Shown: positions 1 through 9,350 of the stretch, piece by piece
How positions within the stretch are numbered: the stretch's first letter is position 1
Layout: every line of letters starts with the position of its first letter
Assembly (NCBI GenBank): GCA_027317185.1
Contig: DAHVFB010000006.1
Span: forward strand, 593 to 64,592
Direction: 5' to 3'
Length of the DNA: 64,000 nt
Origin: Deltaproteobacteria bacterium
Lineage (GTDB): Bacteria; Desulfobacterota; Binatia; Binatales; Binataceae
Notes under the pieces: model-generated
The model's input: only the letters and a program-made list of their open reading frames with translations
Databases searched by the model: none
Told to the model about the DNA's origin: nothing
Program-made: the position numbers and the translations under genes

Positions 1-185
1 GCGCGTTCGCCCGCGCCGGTCAAAATCGCGACCCACATATCCTTGTCGGCGACAAAGTCGTTCCAGATTTGTTCGCCCTCGACGCTGGCCGGCGGATGCA
101 TCGCGTTCATAACTTCGGGACGATTCAACGTGATCCAGGCGATGTGATCGCGCTTCTCATATTTCAGGAACTTGAACTCGGCCAT
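1..185 (-). CDS. enoyl-CoA hydratase/isomerase (crotonase) family protein, N-terminal fragment; the gene runs off the left edge
   Basis: My own reverse-strand translation from the ATG at 185 gives MAEFKFLKYEKRDHIAWITLNRPEVMNAMHPPASVEGEQIWNDFVADKDMWVAILTGAGER. This is the classic crotonase N-terminus (ITLNRPE..NA ... ILTGAG). It is too short for the ORF track. Confidence 0.75.
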   Translation of the reverse strand, partial: MAEFKFLKYEKRDHIAWITLNRPEVMNAMHPPASVEGEQIWNDFVADKDMWVAILTGAGER

Positions 186-204
186 GGCAGTCAAACCTCC
201 ACGC

Positions 205-450
205 TTACTCCTCTTCGAACAATTCGAAGAAAGCGTCGATACTCTGGATCAGTTGCCGCCTGATCTGCAAATGCGAACCCTCGATGATGTGCATCGTGAC
301 CCGCGAAGTAGTGCCGTCGGCCAGCTTGACCTGTGCATCCTCGATCGACGCAATCTGCTGCGCGTCGATTAGGCGCATCCCATAGACCAGAGCCGCGCGC
401 GGCGCCGGTTGCGAGTCCCGGTCTTTAACCAGTCGTAATTTGCGCCGCAT
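205..450 (-). CDS. small hypothetical protein (about 81 aa) upstream of and co-oriented with the crotonase gene
   Basis: ORF 205..456. An ATG at 450 is preceded by GGAG (461..458) with 7 nt spacing. There is a 19 nt gap to the downstream crotonase start. I recognise no family. Confidence 0.4.
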   Translation of the reverse strand: MRRKLRLVKDRDSQPAPRAALVYGMRLIDAQQIASIEDAQVKLADGTTSRVTMHIIEGSHLQIRRQLIQSIDAFFELFEEE

Positions 451-603
451 CGACAATCTCCATTGCTGCGAAGTGTGTCCCAGGTGGCTTCCGGGGTTCT
501 AAGCTGATGAAATTGACCGAATTCGTTCTTATAGCATAGGGATTGAGGCGAATTTCCACACCCGCGTTGACAAGCCCCCTGGCGGACCGTGAAAATCTTT
601 TAG

Positions 604-1020
604 ATGCGATTTCTTCCCGTCATGGTCATAGCGGTGATCTTGGCCATAGCCGGATGTGGCGTGGCATACCAGGCCGGCACCCAGCTTCGCACTCAACATA
701 TGCGAGACTCGCTCAAAGCGGGCGAATCGATGCCCGAAGTTCATGCCCACTTCGGCGAACCCGACATCCGCACCGACGCGGGGAAAAATACCGAGATCTG
801 GAGCTACGCGACTCGGGCCAACAGCAACGATCTTGCGGCGACCCTGTTTTACACCTCCGCCAAAGAGGGTGATAAGGGTCACTTCATGGATCTCAAGTTC
901 GTGGATGGCAAGCTGGTCGCATGGAAAGAGGAGGCGCATACGATGCCGAGCAAACGATCGACCGGCATCAACTACGGCTTTACCGCCGGTCCGGGAGCCC
1001 AGAGCGTCACCCATTTCTGA
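604..1020 (+). CDS. outer-membrane lipoprotein, BamE/SmpA-OmlA-like
   Basis: Signal peptide with lipobox: MRFLPVMVIAVILAIAG|C. The mature part has the SmpA/OmlA-like pattern (MPEVHAHFGEPD...EIWSY...LKFVDGKLVAWKEE). Confidence 0.55.
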   Translation: MRFLPVMVIAVILAIAGCGVAYQAGTQLRTQHMRDSLKAGESMPEVHAHFGEPDIRTDAGKNTEIWSYATRANSNDLAATLFYTSAKEGDKGHFMDLKFVDGKLVAWKEEAHTMPSKRSTGINYGFTAGPGAQSVTHF

Positions 1021-1042
1021 CGATTCCTTTGATTTTCGATAT

Positions 1043-1071
1043 TTGTCAACGGCTGTGCTCACGTGGCTAAT
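1043..1071 (+). promoter_or_regulatory. candidate sigma70-type promoter for the gsp operon
   Basis: TTGTCA (1043..1048), 17 nt spacer, GCTAAT (1066..1071), about 60 nt upstream of the gspE ATG. Hexamer match only. Confidence 0.25.
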
Positions 1072-1132
1072 TAAATCCAAATGGGATAAGCTGCCGCCAG
1101 CGTCGAAGGCGCGAGGGCGGGCGATTTAGTTG

Positions 1133-2854
1133 ATGGCGACAGCGCTTAAGAGTTTTGAGGCGATTCTGCTTGACCGATCCTGGGTTTCTCAGCAGGATTT
1201 GGAAAAAGCGCGGCAGCGCAAAAAGCCGGGGCAGAATCTCGCCGAGGCGCTGGTCGAGATGGGGGCGCTCGAACCGCAGCGGCTGGCGCGCGCGCTGGCT
1301 CAGGAATATCGCCTCCCCTTCCAGGCTCATATCGATGAAAACGCCCTCGACAGCGCGGTGGTCTCGCGCGTGCCGATCAATTACGCCAAGAAAAATCGTC
1401 TGCTGCCGCTGGCGATTGATCACGATACGGTGACAGTGGCGGTGGCCGATCCGGCTAACTACGAACCGCTCGACGATCTTCACGTGCTGTTTGGGCTGGC
1501 CGTGCAACCGGTGGTCGCGCCGGGGGAAGTTATTACCGAAGCGATCAATCGCGCCTACGATCAGGCCACCACCAACGCGCAGGACCTGATGATCGATCTC
1601 GAGGAGGAACGCCTCGATCAGGTGGCGAGCGAACTGGCCCAGGAACCGGCCGATCTGCTCGAAGCCGACGACGCCGCGCCGATTATCAAGCTGGTCAATG
1701 GATTGCTGTCACAAGCGGTAAAGGACCGCGCCAGCGATATTCACATCGAGGCTTTCGAACGCGAACTGGTGGTCCGCTTCCGGGTGGACGGCATGATGTA
1801 TGACGTGTTGTCGCCACCCAAACGTTTTCAGCCCGCCATCACCTCGCGCATAAAGATCATGGCGGGCCTCAATATCGCCGAAAAGAGATTGCCGCAGGAT
1901 GGGCGAATACGGCTGCGCGTCGCCGGCCGCGATATCGACATCCGGGTCTCGAGTATTCCGACTGCCTTCGGCGAGCGGATCGTGCTGCGTCTGCTTGATC
2001 GGGCGCAGGCGCTGGTAGATTTGAATCTTGATCGGCTCGGATTCACCGGCGACAATGCCGCGCGGCTTGACCGGCTGATTCGTCAAAGCCACGGCATCAT
2101 CCTGGCTACCGGCCCCACCGGATCGGGCAAGACCACTACCCTTTATTCCTGCCTCGCGCGTATCAATTCGCCCGAGAAGAACATCATCACGATCGAAGAT
2201 CCGATCGAGTACCAGTTGCGCGGAATCGGCCAGATGCAGGTGAGTCCAAAGATCGAATTAACCTTCGCGAGCGGACTGCGATCGATTTTGCGCCAGGATC
2301 CCGACGTGATCATGGTCGGCGAAATCCGCGATTCGGAGACCGCCGAAATCGCCATCCAGGCAGCGCTTACCGGACATCTGGTGTTCTCGACCCTGCATAC
2401 CAACGATTCATTCGGCGCGCTGACGCGGCTGGTTGACATGGGAATCGAGCCATTTCTGGTCTCATCCTCGATTCTCGCGGTGCTGGCGCAGCGCCTGGTG
2501 CGCAAGGTATGCCCCGATTGCCGCGAACCCTATACGCCGGCCCCGGCTGAACTCGCGCGCATCGGGCTTAAAGCCGATGCGATGCGCGGCCAGACGATTT
2601 ATCGCCCGAGTGCCAATGGATGCCGCAATTGCCGCAGCACCGGCTATCGCGGTCGCTCGGCGATTCAGGAACTGATGATCATGGACGACGAGATTCGCGT
2701 GCTCGTGATGCAAAAAGCGGACGCCGCGATGATTCGGCGCGCCTGCACCGCCAAAGGCATGAAGCTGCTGCGTCAGGAGGGAGCCGAGCGAATTCTCGCG
2801 GGCGAAACCACGGTCGAGGAATTGTTGCGTGTCACGCAGGAAGATATCCTCTAG
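1133..2854 (+). CDS. gspE: type II secretion system ATPase GspE
   Basis: N-terminal T2SSE_N domain, Walker A GPTGSGKTT, Asp box, Walker B (VIMVGEIRD), His box, and a tetracysteine motif (CPDC...CRNC). It is followed by gspF. The ATG at 1133 sits one codon inside the TTG at 1130. Confidence 0.95.
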   Translation: MATALKSFEAILLDRSWVSQQDLEKARQRKKPGQNLAEALVEMGALEPQRLARALAQEYRLPFQAHIDENALDSAVVSRVPINYAKKNRLLPLAIDHDTVTVAVADPANYEPLDDLHVLFGLAVQPVVAPGEVITEAINRAYDQATTNAQDLMIDLEEERLDQVASELAQEPADLLEADDAAPIIKLVNGLLSQAVKDRASDIHIEAFERELVVRFRVDGMMYDVLSPPKRFQPAITSRIKIMAGLNIAEKRLPQDGRIRLRVAGRDIDIRVSSIPTAFGERIVLRLLDRAQALVDLNLDRLGFTGDNAARLDRLIRQSHGIILATGPTGSGKTTTLYSCLARINSPEKNIITIEDPIEYQLRGIGQMQVSPKIELTFASGLRSILRQDPDVIMVGEIRDSETAEIAIQAALTGHLVFSTLHTNDSFGALTRLVDMGIEPFLVSSSILAVLAQRLVRKVCPDCREPYTPAPAELARIGLKADAMRGQTIYRPSANGCRNCRSTGYRGRSAIQELMIMDDEIRVLVMQKADAAMIRRACTAKGMKLLRQEGAERILAGETTVEELLRVTQEDIL

Positions 2855-2892
2855 CCTCGACGCTCGCTAATCTTCCGCCTGGTTTTGCACAC

Positions 2893-4113
2893 ATGCCGGT
2901 TTTCGCCTATCGCGGTCTTTCCACTGACGGTCGCTCGGTCGCGGGCGTGGTCGATGCCGATAGCGCCCGCAATGCACGCGGCAAGTTGCGCTCGCTCGGG
3001 ATCTTTCCGATCGAGCTAAATGAAGAGATCGCAGCCCGCGCCCGATCTTTGCGGGACTGGATGCCATCCTTCAACCGGCGCGTGCCAGCCGCTGAGATTT
3101 CGCTGATGAGCCGCCAGTTGGCGACTTTGCTGGGAGCCGGCGTGCAGCTCGTCGAGGCACTCGGCACGCTTTCGGAACAGAGCGTGCGGCCGGCCCTGAA
3201 AAAGATTTTGTCGCAGGTTCGCGAGCAAGTGCGCGAGGGATTGTCGCTGGCCGACGCGCTCGCAATCCATCGCGGCATCTTTTCCGATCTGTACGTTGGG
3301 ATGGTGCGCGCGGGCGAGCAGGCCGGAGCGCTGGAAGTGGTGCTTAACCGCCTCGCCGACTATGGCGAGAAACAGGCCGAATTCGTCGCCAAGGTACGCG
3401 GAGCGCTAACCTATCCGATTATCATGATGTGCGTGGGTGCGGCGATCATGACCTTTCTCGTCACCTACGTCGTACCCCAGGTCGCCACGATTTTCGAACA
3501 AAGTCATCAAGCCCTGCCGCTTATGACGCGGATACTGATTGGCTTTTCGGATTTTCTGGTTGGTTATTGGATGCTGATCCTGTTGGCGTTGATCGGCACC
3601 GCCGCGGGCGTCATAACCGGCCTGTCCACTCCGCGAGGGCGGCGCTTTTACGACCGAACCATTCTGCGGCTCCCTTATATCGGGCCCACGATCATCAAAG
3701 TTGTGTGCGCCCGCTTCGCACGCACGCTCGCCACCTTGCTTTCGAGCGGCGTGCAACTGCTACCCGCGATGGAAGCGGTCAAACGGGTGCTTAACAATAT
3801 TTTGCTGGCCGAAGCGATCGAACAAAGCCGCATCAGCATCCGGGAGGGACACGGCATGGCGCAGACGCTCGGCCAGAGCGGATTGTTTCCTGCGCTGCTG
3901 GTCGAGATGATCCGGGTTGGCGAGCGATCGGGGGAGCTGGAACCGATGCTCGAACGGGTGGCGGACTCCTACGAACGCGAAGTCTCAAGCGCCCTGGGTC
4001 AGATGACGACCGTACTTGAGCCAATAATGACGATTGTCATGGCCGGTGGTATTTTATTCATGATGCTGGCGGTTCTGATGCCGATCTTCCAGCTTAATCA
4101 GTTGATGAGATGA
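2893..4113 (+). CDS. gspF: type II secretion system inner-membrane platform protein GspF
   Basis: N-terminus MPVFAYRGLSTDGRSVAGVVDA..., two T2SSF repeats and three TM segments. The start was moved to the ATG at 2893, because the upstream 91 codons of ORF 2620..4113 overlap gspE and are Arg/Gly-rich noise. Confidence 0.93.
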   Translation: MPVFAYRGLSTDGRSVAGVVDADSARNARGKLRSLGIFPIELNEEIAARARSLRDWMPSFNRRVPAAEISLMSRQLATLLGAGVQLVEALGTLSEQSVRPALKKILSQVREQVREGLSLADALAIHRGIFSDLYVGMVRAGEQAGALEVVLNRLADYGEKQAEFVAKVRGALTYPIIMMCVGAAIMTFLVTYVVPQVATIFEQSHQALPLMTRILIGFSDFLVGYWMLILLALIGTAAGVITGLSTPRGRRFYDRTILRLPYIGPTIIKVVCARFARTLATLLSSGVQLLPAMEAVKRVLNNILLAEAIEQSRISIREGHGMAQTLGQSGLFPALLVEMIRVGERSGELEPMLERVADSYEREVSSALGQMTTVLEPIMTIVMAGGILFMMLAVLMPIFQLNQLMR

Positions 4114-4116
4114 AGC

Positions 4117-4569
4117 ATGGTCATGGAGGCTAAGCCTATGCAACGACGGCGCGGATACCAGGAAGGCTTCACCCTGATTGAAATCATGGTGGTCATCCTG
4201 ATCCTCGGTCTACTTGCGACCATCGTGGTTCAGAGCCTCCGAGGCGCTACCGATAAAGCCAAGCGGACCAAAGCGCAAGCCGATATCGCAGAATTCAAAA
4301 CTGCACTGGATCGTTATTACCTCGACAACGGATCATATCCGACCTCCGACCAGGGACTGCAGGCGCTGGTCACTCCTCCTACCAGCGGCAACATCCCCAC
4401 CAACTACGAAGAGGGCGGCTATATCGAACGTATCCCCACCGATCCCTGGGGTCACGACTATTACTACCAGAGCGACGGCAACAGCTACGCCTTGAAGTCC
4501 TTCGGTGCCGATGGAGTCGAAGGCGGCGAAGGGAAGAACGCCGATATCGACGGGTCGTCGAGCGGGTAA
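4117..4569 (+). CDS. gspG: major pseudopilin GspG
   Basis: Prepilin motif G|FTLIEIMVVILILGLLA with Glu+5. The T2SS-G body follows (YPTSDQGLQALV...DPWGHDYYYQSDGNSYALKSFGADG). Confidence 0.9.
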   Translation: MVMEAKPMQRRRGYQEGFTLIEIMVVILILGLLATIVVQSLRGATDKAKRTKAQADIAEFKTALDRYYLDNGSYPTSDQGLQALVTPPTSGNIPTNYEEGGYIERIPTDPWGHDYYYQSDGNSYALKSFGADGVEGGEGKNADIDGSSSG

Positions 4570-4578
4570 GAGCTTACC

Positions 4579-5196
4579 ATGCCCGTACAGCGCCATTGCG
4601 CGCAGAGCCTTGGCTCTCCGTGCCGATCGCATTGGTATCGGCTTGGACGCCCGGTATCGTTAATCGTTTCAGCCGGTTCGGGATTCACACTGATCGAACT
4701 CGCGGTTGTGCTCTTCATCATGGGCCTCATCATGAGTATCGCGATGCCCTACTTCGGCGGCCTGACGTCGGCCCGCTTGCGCAGCGAGGCGCGCCGATTG
4801 GCTGGGCGGGCCAACTATTTGTATGACGAGGCGGCGGCGCAAAAAGTGGTCTTGCGGCTGAACTTCAATCTCGATACCAACACCTACTCGGTGTCCCGTC
4901 TCGATCCTTTTCAACCCCAGGCCATTTTCGTTCCCGAACGGGGCGCGATGCTGGGCCCGGTGATGCTGCCGTCGGGTGTGCGGATTCGTGACGTTACCGT
5001 CGGCAGTCTCGGCACCGTCACCCGTGGCATGGTGGGTTGCGCTTTTTATCCGACCGGATGGGCGGATTCGGCAGTGATTCATCTGGCCGATTCCGACGGT
5101 ATGGTTTTCACGCTCGGTATCGCCCCGCTCACCGGGCATGTTTCGCTACGCTCGGGCGACCTGACACCTAATCAACTGGCGGCCGGCGGCGGATGA
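4579..5196 (+). CDS. gspH: minor pseudopilin, GspH-like
   Basis: Prepilin motif G|FTLIELAVVLFIMGLIMS. Its position after gspG and its size (205 aa) fit GspH. The only in-frame start codon gives a 35-aa leader. Confidence 0.65.
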   Translation: MPVQRHCAQSLGSPCRSHWYRLGRPVSLIVSAGSGFTLIELAVVLFIMGLIMSIAMPYFGGLTSARLRSEARRLAGRANYLYDEAAAQKVVLRLNFNLDTNTYSVSRLDPFQPQAIFVPERGAMLGPVMLPSGVRIRDVTVGSLGTVTRGMVGCAFYPTGWADSAVIHLADSDGMVFTLGIAPLTGHVSLRSGDLTPNQLAAGGG

Positions 5197-5624
5197 TGCT
5201 CCACGGTATCTGCAGTTCGCGTGGTTTCACGCTGCTCGAAGTGATGATCGCGGTTGCAATTCTCGGTATCGCGATGATGGCTCTGCTGGCGCTCGACCAT
5301 CAGGATTTGGTCGGGGTGATCCGATCCCGCGAGCTGACGCAGGCGGCGATGCTCGCGCAGATGACGATGACTCAGGCCGAATTGTTGCGTTATCCGGACG
5401 ACGGTAATACGCACGGCAACTTCAACCAGAAATTACCCGGTCAGTTTACTAATTTTCGGTGGCAACAACAGGTTTCCGAATCGGGCATTTTTCCCGATTT
5501 GCGCAAGATCACGGTGACTGTCTTCTTCGGCCCCGGCTTCAGCCGCCGCTACACCCTGACCGAATATGTCCATAATCCAAACCCGATGCCGATACCGGGT
5601 GCGCCGTCGGGCGCGCAACCATGA
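5193..5624 (+). CDS. gspI: minor pseudopilin, GspI-like
   Basis: MMLHGICSSRG|FTLLEVMIAVAILGIAMMALL. The start overlaps the gspH stop in an ATGA arrangement. Size 143 aa. Confidence 0.65.
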   Translation: MMLHGICSSRGFTLLEVMIAVAILGIAMMALLALDHQDLVGVIRSRELTQAAMLAQMTMTQAELLRYPDDGNTHGNFNQKLPGQFTNFRWQQQVSESGIFPDLRKITVTVFFGPGFSRRYTLTEYVHNPNPMPIPGAPSGAQP

Positions 5625-6283
5625 CCCGGCGCCGAAACATTCGGTTTAGTCGCGGCTTCACGCTGATCGAATTGATGCTGGCGATAATGATCCTCGGCCT
5701 GGTGCTGGCGATGCTCGCAAGTTCGTTTAATGTTGTCGCGCACGGCAAGGTTCAGGCGGAGAACCGGCTTGATATGGATCACGAGGGCCGCAGTATCCTG
5801 TGGATGATCGGCAACGAAATTACCGGCGCGGTACAGACGCCGATAGTTGCCAGCCGGGTGCTGTTGATCGGCCAGGGACACATGAGCAATGGCAAACCGC
5901 TCGACAGTCTTACCATTTCGACGCTCGATCTGAGTCACAGCCCCAGCCTCGACGGGTTCGGCGCCGAGCGCCTGGTCAGCTACAGCACCGTGATCAATCC
6001 CCAGAACCGGCAATTCTCGATGCTGATGCGCGGCGAGCAAAGCGCGCTTTTAACCGCTCTCACCACGGGTAACCCCATCCCGATTGCAGGCAATCTGATT
6101 TCGCTCCACTTCCGTTATTTCGACGGCGCCAACTGGCAGGAGTCGTGGGATTCCTCCAGTCTGCCACCGGGCAGGCAGTTGCCCGGTGCGGTTTCGATCG
6201 ATTTAACGATCGCCGACGACCAGGGACGGCAACTGGGATTCTCGACCCAGGTCACCCTTCCGATGGCATATCTGCAATGGTGA
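5621..6283 (+). CDS. gspJ: minor pseudopilin, GspJ-like
   Basis: MTRRRNIRFSRG|FTLIELMLAIMILGLVLA. ATGA overlap with gspI. Size 220 aa. Confidence 0.65.
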   Translation: MTRRRNIRFSRGFTLIELMLAIMILGLVLAMLASSFNVVAHGKVQAENRLDMDHEGRSILWMIGNEITGAVQTPIVASRVLLIGQGHMSNGKPLDSLTISTLDLSHSPSLDGFGAERLVSYSTVINPQNRQFSMLMRGEQSALLTALTTGNPIPIAGNLISLHFRYFDGANWQESWDSSSLPPGRQLPGAVSIDLTIADDQGRQLGFSTQVTLPMAYLQW

Positions 6284-7233
6284 TCCGGATTAGAAAATCC
6301 GAGCCGGGGGTGGCGCTGCTCGCAACCCTGATGGCGATTGCGCTGATGACCATTCTGGTGGTCGATTTCACCAATTCGTCGGCGCTTGGCTATCGTTCGG
6401 CCGCCAATCAGGCCAACGAAATACGCGCCGAGTATCTGGCTCGATCGGGAGTTAACGTAGGACTTTCATTGCTCGCACAACAGGCGCGCATCAACGCCGC
6501 CACTCAGACGCCGTTCTACGCCCTCGTGCAGCCGTGGGCGATGCCCTATCCGCCGGTCGCAATCGACGGCGGCACCGCCGAAGTATACATTGTTGATGAA
6601 GCTCGTAAGTTCAACATCAATCAGTTGGTCAACCCACAAACCGGCGCGCCCAATCCGGACGCGGCAATGGTGGTCGGGCGGCTGTGCGAGATACTGGGCA
6701 TCGACCCGCGGATTATTCCGGCAATTATCGATTGGCTCGATCCCGACAGTGTCGACTCGCCAGGCGGTGGCGCGGAGGCCGACTATTATTTGCGATTGAA
6801 TCCGCCGTACGAGCCGCGTAATGGTCCTATGCCGACGATCGGGGACCTGCGAATGATCCGCGGCATCGATACCCCGACCTTCATGCAACTGCGGCAGTTT
6901 TTGACCGTCGCACCCGAGTTACGGGTCAATGCAAATACGGTGGCGCCGGAGCTACTTGCTGCGCTCGCGCCGCAAATGGCGAGTAATCCGAGACTGATCA
7001 AGGAGATTATGATTGCCCGGATGCGCCAGCCTTTTCAGAACGTCACCGATATAAGTAATTTACCGGGGGTTGGTGAAAATTCCGGCCAGTTAATGCGGCT
7101 ATTAAATACCACCAGCAATTACTTTACGATAAACGCGGTGGGAACTTATGCCGGCGCTCGCAAATTCATCTTCGCCACGTTCCGATGCAATCCCAATGGC
7201 ACCGCGGTATTGACTTCATGGAACGAACAATGA
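6277..7233 (+). CDS. gspK: minor pseudopilin GspK
   Basis: MVIRIRKSEPGVALLATLMAIALMTILVV, a pseudopilin-like N-terminus lacking Glu+5, as is typical of GspK. The T2SS-K body follows (ADYYLRLNPPYEPRNGPMPTIGDLRMIRGI). ATG 6277 overlaps the gspJ stop (ATGGTGA). Confidence 0.8.
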   Translation: MVIRIRKSEPGVALLATLMAIALMTILVVDFTNSSALGYRSAANQANEIRAEYLARSGVNVGLSLLAQQARINAATQTPFYALVQPWAMPYPPVAIDGGTAEVYIVDEARKFNINQLVNPQTGAPNPDAAMVVGRLCEILGIDPRIIPAIIDWLDPDSVDSPGGGAEADYYLRLNPPYEPRNGPMPTIGDLRMIRGIDTPTFMQLRQFLTVAPELRVNANTVAPELLAALAPQMASNPRLIKEIMIARMRQPFQNVTDISNLPGVGENSGQLMRLLNTTSNYFTINAVGTYAGARKFIFATFRCNPNGTAVLTSWNEQ

Positions 7234-7244
7234 GAGGCGAGTAG

Positions 7245-8711
7245 ATGGCCCAGCGCATTATGGCGCTCGAGATTGACGGCGATTCTGTACGTGCGGCCGT
7301 CGCCGAGCGCTCGTGGAACTCCTTTGCATTGATCGGGCTGTTCGAGAATCAACGCACCTCGGCTGAACCCGACAATGCCGGCGCACTCTCGCGCCTGGTG
7401 ACACAGACCGGCCATCCGGATGTCGTGTTGTCAGCTCTACCCGCCGAGTTCGTCGCGAAAAGGCTGCTCCAGCTTCCGTTCAGCGATCGGCGCAGACTTA
7501 ACCAGGTGGTCCCGTTTGCGCTCGAAGAGCACCTGCCATTCCCGGTGGATGATGCCGTGGTGGCGTTTTCGCGGCTTGGCCGTGATGGTGACACTACCCG
7601 GGTGGTGGCCGCCTATGCCCGGCGTTCCGATGTGAAAGACCATCTCGATCTACTCGGGCGCGCCGGCATCGATCCGAAAACGATCACCCTGAGCGCCCTC
7701 GCCCTTTCGTTCCTGGTTGCGCAGGGCCGCAACGGCCATCAAGGCGCGCACTTGATCGTCAATATTGATCAAAGCTCCGCCTCGATAATTCTGCTCGATA
7801 CCGATGGCGCTCCGCGCGCGATTCGAACCGTCGGCATCGCGACGCCGTCGCCCTCCCGCGGCGGCGCCAAGCAGCTTCCGATCGCGCCGGCGGCCGCGGT
7901 CCTGAACTCGCTGCGCCAGATGCTGCTGTCCCATCAGATCGAAACCGATGACGCTGAGCTGATTCTGACCGGATCGGCGGCCACCACCGCACGCATCAAA
8001 GCCCAGTTATCCGAAGCGTTGGCGCTGAACGTTCGTGCCGCCGAAGATTTCGATCTGGGGCGGCCATTCGGCGGCGTCCCCACCGACGCGGGCCGCTTTG
8101 GCGGCTGCCTTTCGATGCTGTTGGGTGAAATGCCGACTCGGCCGGCCGAGCTGCTCAACTTCCGCCAGGGTGAGTTTGCCTTTCGTGGACGCAGCGGAGA
8201 TTTGGCGCCGCTGCGCTTGTCGTTCGCGCTTGCGGCGGGCATCGCTTTTTTTGCCATCGTAAATTTCGCCCTGGGGGTATCGGTCGATATGGCCCGGGCC
8301 AATGCAATCGGCCGTCAGATCGCGATCGCCGCCGAGCCGGCGTTGGGCAGCGCCGCTAACGGTAATGCTCACGCGGTGCTGACTGCTGAAATCATGAAAA
8401 TGCGCAAGCAATTAAAATCGATGGGCAACAATACCGGGCAGAATTCGCCGCTCGATGCGTTAGCCGCGATGTCGCGCGCGCTGCCCCGCGGCATCCCGGT
8501 CGAGATGACCGACTTGACGATTAGCGATGGTGCAATCAAAGTGACCGGCAAAGCCGATAGCTACACCACGATCGATCAGGTCAAAGCCGCCTTTAATCGC
8601 AGCGGTTACTTCGCTCAGATCCAGGTGACCGATGCCAAAGCCTCCAGCGCCGAGTCCGGAAAAATTGACTTTCGCCTGAGCGCCACGATGGGCGAAGGGG
8701 GCGCGGAGTAA
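7245..8711 (+). CDS. gspL: GspL-like (PilM/actin-like cytoplasmic domain + TM + periplasmic domain) assembly protein
   Basis: N-terminal PilM/GspL-like domain (ALEIDGDSVRAAV..., LPFSDRRRLNQVVPFALEEHLPFPVDD), one TM (LSFALAAGIAFFAIVNFALGV) and a ferredoxin-like C-terminus. Its position after gspK fits. Confidence 0.6.
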   Translation: MAQRIMALEIDGDSVRAAVAERSWNSFALIGLFENQRTSAEPDNAGALSRLVTQTGHPDVVLSALPAEFVAKRLLQLPFSDRRRLNQVVPFALEEHLPFPVDDAVVAFSRLGRDGDTTRVVAAYARRSDVKDHLDLLGRAGIDPKTITLSALALSFLVAQGRNGHQGAHLIVNIDQSSASIILLDTDGAPRAIRTVGIATPSPSRGGAKQLPIAPAAAVLNSLRQMLLSHQIETDDAELILTGSAATTARIKAQLSEALALNVRAAEDFDLGRPFGGVPTDAGRFGGCLSMLLGEMPTRPAELLNFRQGEFAFRGRSGDLAPLRLSFALAAGIAFFAIVNFALGVSVDMARANAIGRQIAIAAEPALGSAANGNAHAVLTAEIMKMRKQLKSMGNNTGQNSPLDALAAMSRALPRGIPVEMTDLTISDGAIKVTGKADSYTTIDQVKAAFNRSGYFAQIQVTDAKASSAESGKIDFRLSATMGEGGAE

Positions 8712-8717
8712 GCAGCG

Positions 8718-9350
8718 ATGTTCGCAGGAATTCGCGAGAAGATCGGCGAGCTATGGAGCGCGCAGGTACGACGCCTGCGCGGCGCGATCGATCCCTATTC
8801 CAGTCAGGCGCGTGCGTACTACACCCGCCTCGAACCCCGCGAAAAAATGCTGGTGCGGATCGCCGCCGGCGCGATGGCCCTCTTCATCGCCTACAACTTC
8901 ATCTATTTACCGGTGGTCGATCTGCGCGGCGCGATCAGCGACAACGTCACGCGCCGCCAACGCGAACTCATTGAGGTGCGCGGGCTGACTCGTACTTATC
9001 TGCGGCTTAAGGACGAACTGGCGACGACCCACAAGCGAACCGTGCCCGCCGGCCGGGACTTCTCATTGTTTACCGTGGTCGAGACCGCGTTGACCGGCAG
9101 CGTTGGGCACGACAAGTTAGGATCGATCACGCCGGGAATTGATCGTAAGGTGTCGGATAATCTGGTGGAGTACCGGGTCGATCTTCAATTGAACGATCTG
9201 AGTCTGCCACAATTGATCGACGCGCTTTATCGCTTACAAAATCTTACGATTCCGATCACTGTTTCCTCGCTCCACGTCAAGCGGCGATTTCAGAATCCGC
9301 ATAGCTACGACGTCGAGCTGACCTGCAGCGCACTGGGCAAGAATGCTTGA
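8718..9350 (+). CDS. gspM: GspM-like bitopic membrane protein
   Basis: Single N-terminal TM (MLVRIAAGAMALFIAYNFIYLPV) followed by a small periplasmic domain. Called by size and position after gspL only. Confidence 0.5.
   Translation: MFAGIREKIGELWSAQVRRLRGAIDPYSSQARAYYTRLEPREKMLVRIAAGAMALFIAYNFIYLPVVDLRGAISDNVTRRQRELIEVRGLTRTYLRLKDELATTHKRTVPAGRDFSLFTVVETALTGSVGHDKLGSITPGIDRKVSDNLVEYRVDLQLNDLSLPQLIDALYRLQNLTIPITVSSLHVKRRFQNPHSYDVELTCSALGKNA

Noticed and set aside
1235-1306. Possible MshEN-type c-di-GMP binding motif in the GspE N-terminal domain (NLAEALVEMGALEPQRLARALAQE)
   Set aside because: The leading Arg and Gly of the remembered RLGxx(L)(L)xxG...LxxxLxxQ motif are replaced, and the spacing of the last element is off by one. 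Not supportable by eye.
2620-2892. N-terminal 91 codons of the gspF ORF in the track
   Set aside because: This stretch overlaps the 3' end of gspE and translates to Arg/Ser/Gly-rich sequence. The conserved GspF N-terminus (MPVFAYRG) begins at ATG 2893.
6145-6276. N-terminal extension of the gspK ORF
   Set aside because: It lies inside gspJ. ATG 6277 overlaps the gspJ stop and gives the expected pseudopilin-like N-terminus.
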